A DNA stretch of 63,010 nt, filler included, from Asterionella formosa (taxonomy: Eukaryota), in assembly GCA_002256025.1 (NCBI GenBank). It is 7 parts of 7 records of this genome, joined end to end, with 100 filler letters (N's around TTAATTAATTAA, not from the genome) between each part and the next. Parts side by side here need not be neighbours in the genome. Positions count along the whole stretch, not along the records: positions 18,064 to 26,984 come from NKIB01011453.1; positions 27,085 to 35,999 come from NKIB01011462.1; 5 more parts are not named here. One strand, 5' to 3'. This document shows positions 23,536 to 34,954 of this stretch, one piece after another. The position numbers were made by a program, and so were the translations under genes. The notes under the pieces were generated by a model that did not search any database, was not told the origin of the DNA, and saw only the letters and a list, made by a program, of their open reading frames with translations. The first letter of the stretch is position 1. Every line of letters starts with the position of its first letter.

Positions 23536-26500
23536 ATGCCCGATGAGTGGCAACAAGAGTTTGAACTGAATCATGCTAAAACTTCAGACCAATCGATTCG
23601 CTCGGTTCTCGCTTACTTCGAGAGTCAACAATCGTTTAAGGACCGAAACAAGCACCTTCCCAAGAACAGTTTTCAAACAATCACACAAAATCGTCTTTGC
23701 ATTGTTGCTGAAGGCAATCGTGTGATGCGTCAAGAAAACGAGCGTGTCAGTCGTCAATTCTACAACAATAATTTTACTCCAAGTGGTCGTGGAAGAGCGC
23801 GTGCTATTGTCAATGCAGCCGGTCGCACATGGGATCGTCAGGCGACTGTTCGTCATCAAGCTCTACAAGCCAGTCGTACGTACCATGATTATCATGGCCC
23901 TTGTCCTGTACATCCTGAAGGTACACATACTTGGGGCAATTGTTTTCAGAATCCTCGTACTCAAGGTGGCCAAGCAGGTCGCATGGCTGGTCGTCATAAT
24001 GGACGTGGCCGCTCCAGTTTCGGTAGACGAGGACATTTTGGTGGTGGTGGAGGTGGTTCACACAGTAATCCTATGGAAAGTGTCAAGTTTTCAATGGTCT
24101 ATGCACATTTGATGCTATTTTAGGACCTGATTTCCTTCGTCAAGTTGCTTTAACCATTGATTTCGTAAATAACACCATGTCCTCCTGTATGGATATCACT
24201 GTTCATATGCATTTGCTCACATTCTTTGATGATGGAGAACGTTTACGTGATGTATTATTATATTTTGATGCACCTATGATTATGGAATCTTCATATGCGC
24301 TGGAAATTAAAACTGGTGAATAAACAGATGCATTTAACAATAATGCAACGGTCATGTTTGCGAACTATATTGGTTAAATATCAAACATTATTTGATGGAA
24401 AATTAAAAGTTTATCCTCATAAACAGGTACATTAGAAATTATTATCAAATGCCATCCCTGGTCATCAACGAGCATATCCGTTTGCTCATATACATTTAGA
24501 AGTTTTCAAAACCGAATTACAACGGTTGTGTAACATTGGAGTCCTACAAAAATGTGGTTCTTCTAAATGGGCGTCTCCCACTTTTATTATTTCTAAAAAG
24601 GATGGAAGTGTCTGATGGGTATCAGATTTTCGTGAACTCAATACAGTCATCAATCGTAATATATACCCTTTGCCTCGAATACAAACTATTCTCACTAAAC
24701 GTTCTGGATATGTTTTTTTCACCAAATTGGATGTTTCTATGCAATACTATACTTTTGCATTAGATGTGGAGAGTCAAAATTTGTGCGTTATTTCCACTCC
24801 ATTTGGTTTATATAAATATTTACGTCTCCCTATGGGGGTGAAATAATCATCTGATATTGCACAAGAAACTATGGAACAGAATCTAAGTGATTTAGATGAT
24901 GTGGAAATTTATATTGATGACGTGGGTTGTTTTTCAATGAATTTTTCGGATCACATTCATCTTTTGGACACTATTTTACATCGTTTACAGGCAAATGGTT
25001 TTACAATTAATCCATCTAAGTGTGAATGGGCATTCCAAGAGACAGATTAGTTAGGCTATAGGTAAACTCCTAAAGAACTGAAACCTTGGTCTAAAAAGAT
25101 CCGAGCATTGATTAATATGTCTTCACCTACCAATCTTTAACAAGTCAGATCATTCTTGCTGCTGTTACGTACTATCGAGACATGTTTCCTAGACGATCTC
25201 ATGTTCTTGTAACACTTACAGATTTAATTGGAACTATTCCATTTGTCTGGTTACCTATACATCAACAAGCTTTTGAAAGCGTTGTTGGTTGCAGATACAC
25301 TCATGCGTTATCCTGATCATAACCTTCCTTTTCATTTCTTTACTGATGCCTCTGATTATCAATTAGGGTCGGTCATTATGCAAAATGATCTCCCAGTTGC
25401 TTATTATTCTCGCAAATCATCTGCTGCTCAAAATAATTATACTACTATTGAAAAAGAATTACTTTCTGTGGTAGAAACTTTCAAAGAATTTCGCTCTATG
25501 TTATTGGGTCCAGTTCTACATGTTCACAATGATCATCGAAATCTTATTTATAATACTTTACATACTCAACATGTTCTACGGTGGAGACTTAATATTGAAG
25601 AATATCATCCTACTTTTCACTAGCTATGTGAAAGGGACTGACAATGCTATTGCAGATTCCATCTCTTGCCTCCCGAGGCTTGAGTCTTTGGTGGGGGATG
25701 ATATTGGACCGAAATCTCCAGCATCAACATCCACTTCTACCTTTTCAATTGAATTAGATTATGAACCTTTGCTTTCCTGTTTCCTTAATCATCCAATCCT
25801 GACAGACAATATTCAATATCCTTTGGATTATAATTTAATACATGATAGACAATTGCTGGATATACAATTGATTCTAAATCAACAAACACATCCGTTAAAA
25901 TTTCCCTCCATCAATTTTCATGACGTATTGCTATTTCTACATCATTATTGGATCCTATTATTAATTGGTATCATCAGATGCTGGCACTGATATTTTCAAA
26001 AATTATTTACTTCAATGTCAGTAGCCATCAGATTCTGGGAGAATATGCACAGTCCAACCAACGGATTCAAATGTGGTGTAGTATTAGGTACGTGCATACT
26101 GGTAGCTCATACTCCAATGAATGAATTTCAAGCCCAAAATATTGTGGATAAATGTTTTGCAACTGCATCATATGCAGCTCGAGCTACTATTCATAGTACA
26201 TTACATATTTCACCAGGCGCATGGGTTTTTCAACGTGATATGATATTAAATATTCCTTTGATTACAGATTTACAATTAATATACCAACGTCGACAAGTGA
26301 TAATTGATGAACGTTTACATCGTGTTAATTTCCGTCGTCGATCTTATGATTACAAGGTGGGTGACGAGATTTTAATATTATTGGATAATCCTACTACTTT
26401 GGATGATCGTGGATGAGGTCCTTATACTATTATTCAAGTACATGCCAATGGTACAGTTACTTTTCAACGCACTATGCACATTACAGAACGAATTAATATT

Positions 26501-26733
26501 CGTCGTATCAAACCTTTTCATAGGTAAAAGGTTTTCCCTCAAGTGTGGGAGAGTGAACAATCCTGCACATCGATACAGATGTATAAAGGGTTAGGGTTAT
26601 ATCAAATATATCAGAACTCGACTACCGGTAACACCTATTGTATACTTTGATGTCCACTTGGGAAGCAAGTTGTACATAAGATTAATTAGATCATATATTC
26701 AATAAATAATACTACTTCTAGTTAGATACTTCA
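23536..26733 (+). mobile_element. Degenerate Ty3/gypsy LTR retrotransposon (gag, protease remnant, RT, RNase H, integrase C-terminus, PPT, 3' LTR)
   Basis: gag CPVHPEGTHTWGNC knuckle; RT motifs WASPTFII, DFRELN, YPLPRI, YLRLPMG, YIDD; RNase [11 protein letters not shown]...[12 protein letters not shown]; integrase end INIRRIKPF; many stops and frameshifts; no 5' LTR seen. Confidence 0.9.
26554..26733 (+). repeat. Gypsy 3' LTR (180 bp, TGAA...TTCA)
   Basis: Follows purine tract GTGGGAGAG; homologous to 31869-32059 with the same boundaries. Confidence 0.85.
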
Positions 26734-26984
26734 CCAGGTACCAGGGTAACAGGTACGGAGTACCTGGTGGGAGTACCAGTACCAGTACAATTCCTGGTTG
26801 CCCACAGTTAGTAGCACAGGCAAATCATTATTTCAAAGCCATCAAGAAAAGAAGATGTACAGTCAGGTAACATTTTTTATGGGCATATGCACCCATGTAA
26901 AAGTGGGATCTTCAGTTTACAATTGAGCAGAATAGCAAAACCAGAATGGCAAGCATACATGATAGAATATTTTCAGTTTAAATC

Positions 26985-27084
26985 NNNNNNNNNNNNNNNN
27001 NNNNNNNNNNNNNNNNNNNNNNNNNNNNTTAATTAATTAANNNNNNNNNNNNNNNNNNNNNNNNNNNNNNNNNNNNNNNNNNNN
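26985..27084. other. Artificial scaffold spacer
   Basis: N44-TTAATTAATTAA-N44. Confidence 0.98.
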
Positions 27085-27993
27085 GGGGGGGGCGGGCGTG
27101 GTTGGCTGTGAAATTACACCAGGAGTGGAAGCAGTATTGATAGTGGGAGGGGAAGGTAGCATGGACCTCGTAGAGGTTGATGTATCCCGTGTAGTATCAA
27201 GTTGTATCGTAAGTAGGTGAGTACTGACTGAAGTGGTGTCCGATCTCAGTTTCCGTGGTGATGTATAATTACCGATATTTTTAGGGCGATTATAAGCGAT
27301 TATCAACCTTTGGATGGTACATTGATTTCCGGAGAAGTTCCGTAGTGTGGTAAGAATTGGTTCTTTTCCCGGGGAAAATATAGTGTCTCTGAAAATTTGT
27401 TGAATATGAGATGATGGAGGGTTGTTCGGATGGAATGGCATGTGGAGGAACACACATTGTTCTGTGTGTGTGTCCGTTCTTTGAGTGGCCGTGTTGGTTT
27501 TGTTCGATTTGTTAACACATAGCTGTTTGATGTATGTATTAAAGATGGGTATAAGGGTTTTAGCCAAATAACCTTGGACCTGTAGGCGATTGTAGAAAGA
27601 ATGGATTGCAGTTTTGAAATGTGTGTCGACCGTTGTTAAATGGTAAATCCGGTGAATCATGCCAGCAATAAGACCACGAAGGACACCAGGAGGGTGTGCA
27701 CTATGTTGTGGTATATAGAGATAGGGATTCATAGATTTTTCGAATAGTGTTGTATCAATAGAACGGGTATGTTTATTGATAGAGATTGTGAGATCCAGGA
27801 AAGTTGTTGATAATCGTCGTGGTTCTGCATTCCATTTAAGTATGCCAAAATTATTCATCAAGCTGATAAACGAGTTGTGTGATTTTTCATCCTCGATATA
27901 GGTAGTTGATGTAGGGACCCAGATTATAAAGCAATCATCAATATACCTTCTGTAGAAGGATATTTGTGAAAACGTTGGGATGGTTTGTATCTC
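27085..27993 (-). mobile_element. Penelope-like element (PLE) copy A: 5'-truncated reverse transcriptase, no GIY-YIG endonuclease seen
   Basis: Open frame from 27993 reads EIQTIPTFSQISFYRRYIDDCFIIW...FLDLTISI...TLFEKSMNPYLYIPQHSAHPPGVLRGLIAG...IIAYNRPKNIGNYTSPRKL, typical PLE RT core and thumb, followed by an S/T/P-rich tail rather than an endonuclease. Confidence 0.88.
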
Positions 27994-28021
27994 TTAGGGT
28001 TAGGGTTAGGGTTAGGTTAGG
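27994..28021 (+). repeat. Telomeric repeat tract (TTAGGG)3(TTAGG)2
   Basis: Directly read; lies exactly at the 5'-truncation point of PLE copy A and the 3' end of PLE copy B. Confidence 0.92.
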
Positions 28022-28601
28022 TGTATGGGCTACAATGACTATTATCCAAGTGACAATGAGGTGACTACTTAAGTTGCCAAAAAGTAATGAGACTAATGTT
28101 TACTTTTCGCCTGAAGGGGCTTCATCAGTTGGCTTGGATCTGTAGTCTTGTAGTACGTGAGTCCTGGTGCGTGCGGGGGAGGGGGCGGCAGACGTGGTTG
28201 GCTATGAAAATGCACTGGGAGCGGAGGCAGTATTGATAATAAAGAAGGAGGGTAGTATGGACCATGTAGAGGTTGACGTATTCCGTTCGGTATCAAGTTT
28301 TGTTGTAAGTAGGTGAGTACTGACTAACGTGGTTTTCGATCTCAGTTTCCGTGGTGACGTATAATTACCGATGTTTTTGGGGCGGTTATATGCAATTATC
28401 AGCCTTTGGATAGTGCATTGATTACCAGAGTAATTCCGTAGGGAGGTAAGTGGTGGTTCTTTCTTCGGGGAATATATGGTGTCTCTGAAAATTCGTTGTA
28501 TCTGAGATGATGGAGGGTTGTTCGGATGAAATGGCATGTGTAGAAATACACATTGTTCTGTTTTGGTATCCGAACTTTTAATGGCCGTGGTGGGTGTGTC
28601 C
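28022..28601 (-). mobile_element. PLE copy B: 3' end (RT C-terminus, hammerhead, 3' terminus)
   Basis: Homologous to copy A (EQCVFLHMPFHPNNPPSS.IQ.IFRDTI...CTIQRLIIAYNRPKNIGNYTSPRKLRS) with many third-position differences; TAG at 28202-28204 where copy A has CAG. Confidence 0.85.
28076..28133 (-). ncRNA. Type I hammerhead ribozyme
   Basis: Minus strand: GCCAA-CUGAUGA-A-GCC(CCUUCA)GGC-GAA-A-AGUAA(ACAUUAGUCUCA)UUACU-U-U-UUGGC; core nucleotides and stems I, II and III are all present; cleavage triplet UUU. Confidence 0.82.
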
Positions 28602-29975
28602 GAAGACTCAACAGTGAGCACATTCCACTCTTGCCTGCCAAGAAACGAATTTCTATCGTGTAGATTGGAAACAGCTGCATCAAACTTGACTATGTGTTTG
28701 TCATTTCTTGTTCCTGGTTGTAGGTAGCAGATTGATAAAATCTTTTTTCTGTGATCAGAAGCCACCTCAAAAACAACTGAAGGATACCCCTTGGAACCTT
28801 TAAATAAATTCTTCTGGTAGGCAGGACATCGATTCCATCCAATGTGCACACAATCGACTGAGCCTATACAACCTGGAAGCCCAATGGAACTGTAATCATT
28901 TAGAATTTGTTGCAGTTGGTTGTCATCTTCCTCTTCCTCTCTCAGTATGTATGCATATTCATCCTTCTTTTCTGCAAACTTTGAAGTCCAGTGAATGAAA
29001 ATTTTTCGGTGTACTTCTTTAGAGATGTCAGTTTGAATATACACATACAAATGGGAAGCACCGGTTGCTAGAGTTTAGAGAACACCAAGGAGGAGCAACT
29101 CAAGGTCCTTGCACAGAAGATTGGTGCAATCTTTCCTGTGCGGATCATACCAACCATTAGATATTGTCATATCATACAGTTTCAAGAATATGTCGAATGG
29201 AAGACCAAATTTTTTTTCGAAAGAGTCTTGCTTCCCATGTGTTAATGTCCCATTGTAAGATGCGCTTTTCGTTTGTTAGGAACTTTTTTCACCAACATGA
29301 CTCTTCCCTTGACACCAGAGGTCGTTTCTTTCTTTTTCGCTTAGCAGATGTTCTTGGATGGCAATTGCTGTTGGACGGCGATTGCTGATTCCCTCTTTCA
29401 GATTGAGCTTCCAAATGGAACTGAGAAACCAGCTCATTTCGCAACGCAGCTGGAGAGGCTGCTGGTGGTTGCCATGACAACCATTGTTGCTTCCATGGCT
29501 GCACACACTGTTGATAATGTGCCAGGAAGGTTGACAATAGCGTTGGCGGAGTCGTCATGTTACAAATTATTATCATAAAACAAAAATATTAAAAGTAAGA
29601 ATTATTGTATTTATAATATCTATGGTAATAATATTGACAATAATACTACAATAGAAGTATCGAAGTATCGAATACTTTATCATCAGTATATGTGATTATG
29701 ATTATATATTGTTTCCGCCATTCTGATTGGTGGAGACAATCTTCGTTTGCCCAAAGATTAATCTTCAGGAAACGAAGATTGTTCAAGAAAATAAAAAGAT
29801 TGGGTCAATATTGGGGATGACCCTCGAAATTTTCGGGCAAACGAAGATTAATCTTCGTGATCGGGGGGGATTTGCGAGTTATTTAGCCCGTAAGGGACGA
29901 AAATACGAAGATTGAACACCCAACAGGTATCTGGGTGACTGAATCTTCGTAATTCGGGCACCGTAAGACGGGGCT
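28602..29975 (-). mobile_element. Second, truncated and disrupted copy of the Harbinger element (left TIR plus 5' part of transposase)
   Basis: Closely similar to 18565-19940 in inverse orientation; TIR ends at 29975 followed by TTA; TGG>TGA at 29289-29291, further stop/frameshift; breaks off at 28602 into PLE sequence. Confidence 0.92.
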
Positions 29976-30444
29976 TTAATATGGCAATTATTTCCGTCTT
30001 GTGAAGAATGAGAGAGTTCTTTATCTTGCAAGAAAAACGCGACTTCATGTTGTTATCGGCGATCTCAATTTTCGTTGTCATTATTAGTGTTATTACTTTA
30101 CTTCTTTTACGATTGTATTTTTCATGTCATTCTCAATACAGATAGCAAGTAGCAAAGCGTCGTTCTCTATTTTCGTGGAGATAATTCGTATTTTCGTCAT
30201 GGTCAAGGTTGCAACAACATAATGAAGGATTCTCCAGCTGCTCACTGCCACTACCTGTCGTCTGATGTGTTTTCTATGTACAAAAGAATCACAAAATGGT
30301 AGCTAAATATTTATACACTAGTGCCTACGAGAAGAAAAAGAATTATAGCACGTTACTTTGTCTATAACAAGAAATTATTAGGTGCTTGGTTCCACCTCAA
30401 GAAAAATGTATAGGGGGGTCCAGGACAATGAAAAATACGGTATT

Positions 30445-30592
30445 TCAAACGGAATCATTGATATTCAAAATTAGCGCATAAAAATTCTTAGTTCCAGGGA
30501 ATTTCGGCAACCCAAAGAATATATCAAACGGAATCATTGATATTAAAAATTAGCGCATAAAAGTTCTTAGTTCCAGGGAATTTCGGCAACCC
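30445..30592. repeat. Tandem duplication, 79-bp period
   Basis: TCAAACGGAATCATTGATATT.AAAATTAGCGCATAAAA.TTCTTAGTTCCAGGGAATTTCGGCAACCC at 30445 and 30524. Confidence 0.9.
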
Positions 30593-30904
30593 TAAGCAAT
30601 ATTTTAATTTTTGCCTAGGGATTAAAATCCAGGAACCTCAAGGTTGCGGCCCCGGCTTAACCCTAGTTCGGAGAAAATATCTTTAGGGTTGTAAAACGGC
30701 GTGGAACAGGGAGTTTCCTACTATGAATTCTCATGATTCGAGTGTCCATTTGAATATTTGAATTAAATAGGAATCGGGGCCAGATTGATGGAGTTCCATT
30801 TAAAAAAAATATGATATTTAAACGTTTATACTTTTTCTACGTTACTGAATGTAGAGATAATTTAGCTCAATGGCAAAACACTTATATAAATTAGGAGTAT
30901 GCCA

Positions 30905-32059
30905 ACATAAATGCTACAATTGCTACACATTTTTATCACCCTACATTAAAAGCAAGAGTGGAACATATTGTAAGCATATGTGAAGCATGTCAATGTTCAA
31001 AATTATCTGGTACTGGTTTTGGTGAACTTCCACCCAGGAATGCATTGTTATTACCATGGTCAGAAGTCGCAGTAGATCTAATTGGTCCATGGAAGATAAC
31101 AGTGGCTGCTCAAGCAATTGAATTTCGTGCTCTAACTTGTATTGACACAGTCACCAATTTAGCAGAAATTTCACGTATCAACAATAAAACATCAGAATAT
31201 ATTGCGATGAAATTTGAAAATGATTGATTAGCCAGATATCCCCGTCCAGAACGTTGTATACATGACAATGGAGGTGAATTAACTGGTGTTCCTTTCTTAC
31301 ACATGTTAGTATTGAATGGAATTAAAGATGTGACTACTACAGTAAAGAATCTACAAGCAAATGCTATCTGTGAACATTTACATCAATCTATCAGCAATAG
31401 TCGACAAGTTATGTTAAAGGCTCATCCTCCAAAGAATGAATTTCAAGCCCAAAATATTGTGGATACATGTTTTGCAGCTGCGTCATATGCAGCTCGAGCT
31501 ACTATTCATAGTATAGTACGTATTTCACCAGGAGCATGGGTTTTTCATCGTGATATGATATTAAATATTCCTTTGATTACAGATTTACAATTAATACATC
31601 AACGTCGACAAGTGATAATTGACGAACGTTTACGTCGAGTTAATTTTCGTCGTCGATCTCATGATTACAAAGTGGGTGACGAGATTTTAATATTATTGGA
31701 TAATCCTACTACTTTGGATGATCGTGGACGAGGTCCTTGTACTATTATTCAAGTACATGCCAATGGTACAATTACTTTTCAATGCACTATGCACATTACA
31801 GAACGAATTAATATTCGTCGTATCAAACCTTTTCATAGGTAAAAGGTTTTCCCTCAAGTGTGGGAGAGTGAGCAATCCTGCACATCGATACAGATGTTTA
31901 TGGGGATGTGATGTTTATGGGGTTAGGGTTATATCAAATATATCGGAGCTCGACTAACACCTATTGTAAACTCTAATGTCAACTTGGGAAACAAGTTGTA
32001 TATAAGATTAATTAGCTCATATATTCAACAAATACTACTACTTCTAGTTAGATACTTCA
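30905..32059 (+). mobile_element. Gypsy relic: integrase, PPT and 3' LTR (same family as 23536-26733)
   Basis: HFYHP...CEACQ zinc-binding part, VAVDLIGPW, IHDNGGEL, NAICEHLH; in-frame TGA at 31225-31227; LTR 31869-32059. Confidence 0.9.
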
Positions 32060-32085
32060 CCTGGTACTGGCATGATAGACTTCAT

Positions 32086-32427
32086 TCCTAACCCTAACCC
32101 TATCTTCATGACTTGATTCTTCATGACTTACTACATGCTATCCTCATGACTTGACTATTCATGATTTACTTTTATATTTACTATGACTATGCTAAATATT
32201 TGATTCTTCATGACTTTCTACATACTATTCATGGATTACTTCTATATTTACTATGACTATGCTCAATATTTGATTCTTCATGACTTTCAACATACTACCG
32301 GTATCTTCATTACTTGATTCTTCATGACTTCCTATGTGTTATATCTTCATGACTGTCTTCTTCATGACTTACTACATATAACCGGGTGGTTTGGGTGTGA
32401 TACCATATATGATTTAGGGTAAGGGTT
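32086..32427. repeat. TTCATGACTT-based minisatellite bracketed by telomere-like motifs
   Basis: About a dozen (C)TTCATGACTT variants; CCTAACCCTAACCCTA at the left edge and TTTAGGGTAAGGGTT at the right edge. Confidence 0.75.
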
Positions 32428-32788
32428 GCATCAGACATTCGAATACCGTTGGACATGTCGGGCCCATAAGGCTTTTATCAACACAATCACCATTATGGGT
32501 AGTGACATTTTGTCATCGGCGTTTCTATCAATGTAGACCCTGATATATAAAACTGCACAAGAATAATCAAAACACAAATTGCTCTTTTCCAGCAGTGCTC
32601 ACATTTCTCCTTATCTGCAGTGGATGTTTCCTGATCCCAGGCATTGGGATTGACTGCGATTTGAGGAGTTAAGTATTATATACTTAGGTGTCGGAAGTAA
32701 ATTCAATTCTTAAAACACGACAAAAATTTGCAAAATCTAGTTTGTGGAAGGAATCAACAACAACCACAGCAAAAAATAGCATCATATC

Positions 32789-34480
32789 ATGAATACAGAG
32801 AATGGCCAGAACATGCAGGAAGACGTTGAACGAGCTGACAATCGTCCAACTACTGATGAAAGCGAGCGCGAGCCCTACATTCTTATTGATGATTTGTTGC
32901 CTTGCATCCAATCTTCCATTCGTCAGCCTGATGTATTTACTCCACCAAACCCAACCACTCTGTCTAGAACTTTATCTTGGCAGAAGCGTGGGGGTGTTAA
33001 TCAAACTTCCCACTCCAGCCCAGATATGTTGCCAGACAGCAATGATGTTGTTGTAGAGGAAGGGTCCTTTCCTGAACAGAAACTCAGAATCTCGGGGAGG
33101 AATAAAACCAAGAAAACAGGCTCTGTTTCAAGAGTGAAGAAACAACCTGGAGTGAATTGCGACAGTGATTTTGCTAAGTTGCACTCTGAGGAAGCAAAAC
33201 TTGAATTTGAAAGTGCTGATACCCTGTCTCATGCGCCTCCAGTTAATGTTGGGATGCCAGAAATTTATCCTGGAGCATTTCCTCAAGGCAGTACTTCGGC
33301 TCCTGCACGATATCTTTCGACTTCTATGGAGAGTACTACTACTAGAACCCCGATTAGTGATGGTGGTCTGGTTGTTGAACTAGAAGCCCAAATTGTTGAA
33401 GAAACTGAAGTTTTTCAAGCATTTGCCGTACAAGAAGTGACAAAACCAGCTCAAGGAGGAGAAAGCTTGTCACAACCTAAAGGTAAAAAGAAATGGATCA
33501 GTGCAATTTCAACTGTGGTCATGATAGTCACAATTGTGACAGCTGTTCTTGTTGTCAAGTATCGGAAACCATCCAATAATGAGGTTATGACAACAAGTGC
33601 TCCAACAGTGGCTGCTTCTCCTGCTCCCAGTGTTCAGGAAGTAGAATGGGTCCAACTTGGGCAGACTTTGACTGGAGTAGCTAGCTATGATCAGTTTGGC
33701 ACTTCGGTAGCACTATCTGGGAATGGAACCATCATGGCCAGCGGAGCAGTAGTATCTGATTACAATCAAACTGTTGACTCTGGTCAGGTTCATGTTTTTG
33801 TGTGGGATGGTGCCCGATGGCAAAATTTTGGGTCTCCGATTGGCGGTGTAGCAGCAGAGGATCATTTTGGTACTTCTGTGTCACTCTCCTTTGATGGGCT
33901 AACATTGGCCATAGGTGCAGACTTGAATAACAATGAGGCAGGTTATGTTCAAGTATTTAGTTTTAATGGTACAGATTGGCAGCAAGTTGGTCAAGATTTG
34001 AATGGAACTGCTGGTGAAAAGTTGGGATTTTCCGTAGCACTCGCTGGCAATGGTACCATATTAGCTGCTGGAGCACCTTTAAATGACTACAATGGCACTG
34101 ACTCTGGTGCTGTTCATGTTTATGTCTTAATTGACAACCAATGGAGTCAAATGGGGAACACCATTTTTGGAGAGGTATCATATGATAAATTTGGGATAAA
34201 GGTTGATATTTCTTTTGATGGTCTTACTTTGGTTGCTGGTGCACCAATGAATGAAGAAAATGATTTTGTTGGTGCTGGAAAACTTCGAGTATTTCATTTT
34301 GATGGTCAAGACTGGCAAAAAGTTGGTCAAGATGTAGATGGCAAGTCTACTTCTGATAGGTTTGGGTCTTCTGTGTCAATTTCTGGAGATGGTACCATCA
34401 TTGTTGGTGGAGCGCCTTTTAGCAACAATGGTGGAAGTGAAATTGGCAATGTTCGTATATTTTCATTTGACAAACATTAA
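32789..34480 (+). CDS. Type II membrane protein with FG-GAP (integrin alpha-like beta-propeller) repeats
   Basis: 563 aa; disordered N-terminus with PGAF motif, TM WISAISTVVMIVTIVTAVLVV, then five repeats of W.Q.G..L.G...D.FG.SV.LS.DG..L..GAP...G.V.VF. Confidence 0.88.
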   Translation: MNTENGQNMQEDVERADNRPTTDESEREPYILIDDLLPCIQSSIRQPDVFTPPNPTTLSRTLSWQKRGGVNQTSHSSPDMLPDSNDVVVEEGSFPEQKLRISGRNKTKKTGSVSRVKKQPGVNCDSDFAKLHSEEAKLEFESADTLSHAPPVNVGMPEIYPGAFPQGSTSAPARYLSTSMESTTTRTPISDGGLVVELEAQIVEETEVFQAFAVQEVTKPAQGGESLSQPKGKKKWISAISTVVMIVTIVTAVLVVKYRKPSNNEVMTTSAPTVAASPAPSVQEVEWVQLGQTLTGVASYDQFGTSVALSGNGTIMASGAVVSDYNQTVDSGQVHVFVWDGARWQNFGSPIGGVAAEDHFGTSVSLSFDGLTLAIGADLNNNEAGYVQVFSFNGTDWQQVGQDLNGTAGEKLGFSVALAGNGTILAAGAPLNDYNGTDSGAVHVYVLIDNQWSQMGNTIFGEVSYDKFGIKVDISFDGLTLVAGAPMNEENDFVGAGKLRVFHFDGQDWQKVGQDVDGKSTSDRFGSSVSISGDGTIIVGGAPFSNNGGSEIGNVRIFSFDKH

Positions 34481-34954
34481 AAAAAGCTTAAGCATATTTA
34501 TTCTACAAAAGAATACTAGCTATGTATAATATCTCATTTGTACTCCCCTATTTCTGGTGGGCATGTCTTTCATTGTGCTACCTGTTGACCTGACCACCTT
34601 TTGAGATAGATGATTTCCTTAGTGAAGGCCAATCTTAACAGAGATTCAAAATATTTTTTGTTGTATCTTCAGAAAAAAATGAATCTTTACAGAGGTACAT
34701 TTCACAAATATATCTCTGTATTTACTGAGTAGATTTTTCTATGCACAAAGTAGGTTGCTTGACATTGGCAAGTTGAAGTTAGCAGTTAGCTATTTCATTT
34801 CAGTAGTTAGCAAATGAAGTCAGCAGTCAGAGAATATTTCAAATTTTCAGCAAATCAAGTCAGCAGTGAGCAAGAAGTAGTCCGAGTTCAGCAAGTTAAA
34901 GTTGGTAAACAGCTATTCTGCTATAAAAGGTGGCAGCGCTTTTCCGTTTGAGGG

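Noticed and set aside
18565..29975. Inverted Harbinger copies as a composite transposon enclosing gypsy and PLE
   Set aside because: A spacer at 26985-27084 separates the copies, so their relative position and orientation are arbitrary.
26554..32059. Two similar LTRs as the 5' and 3' LTRs of one element
   Set aside because: Both follow an integrase end and PPT, so both are 3' LTRs, and they are on different scaffolds.
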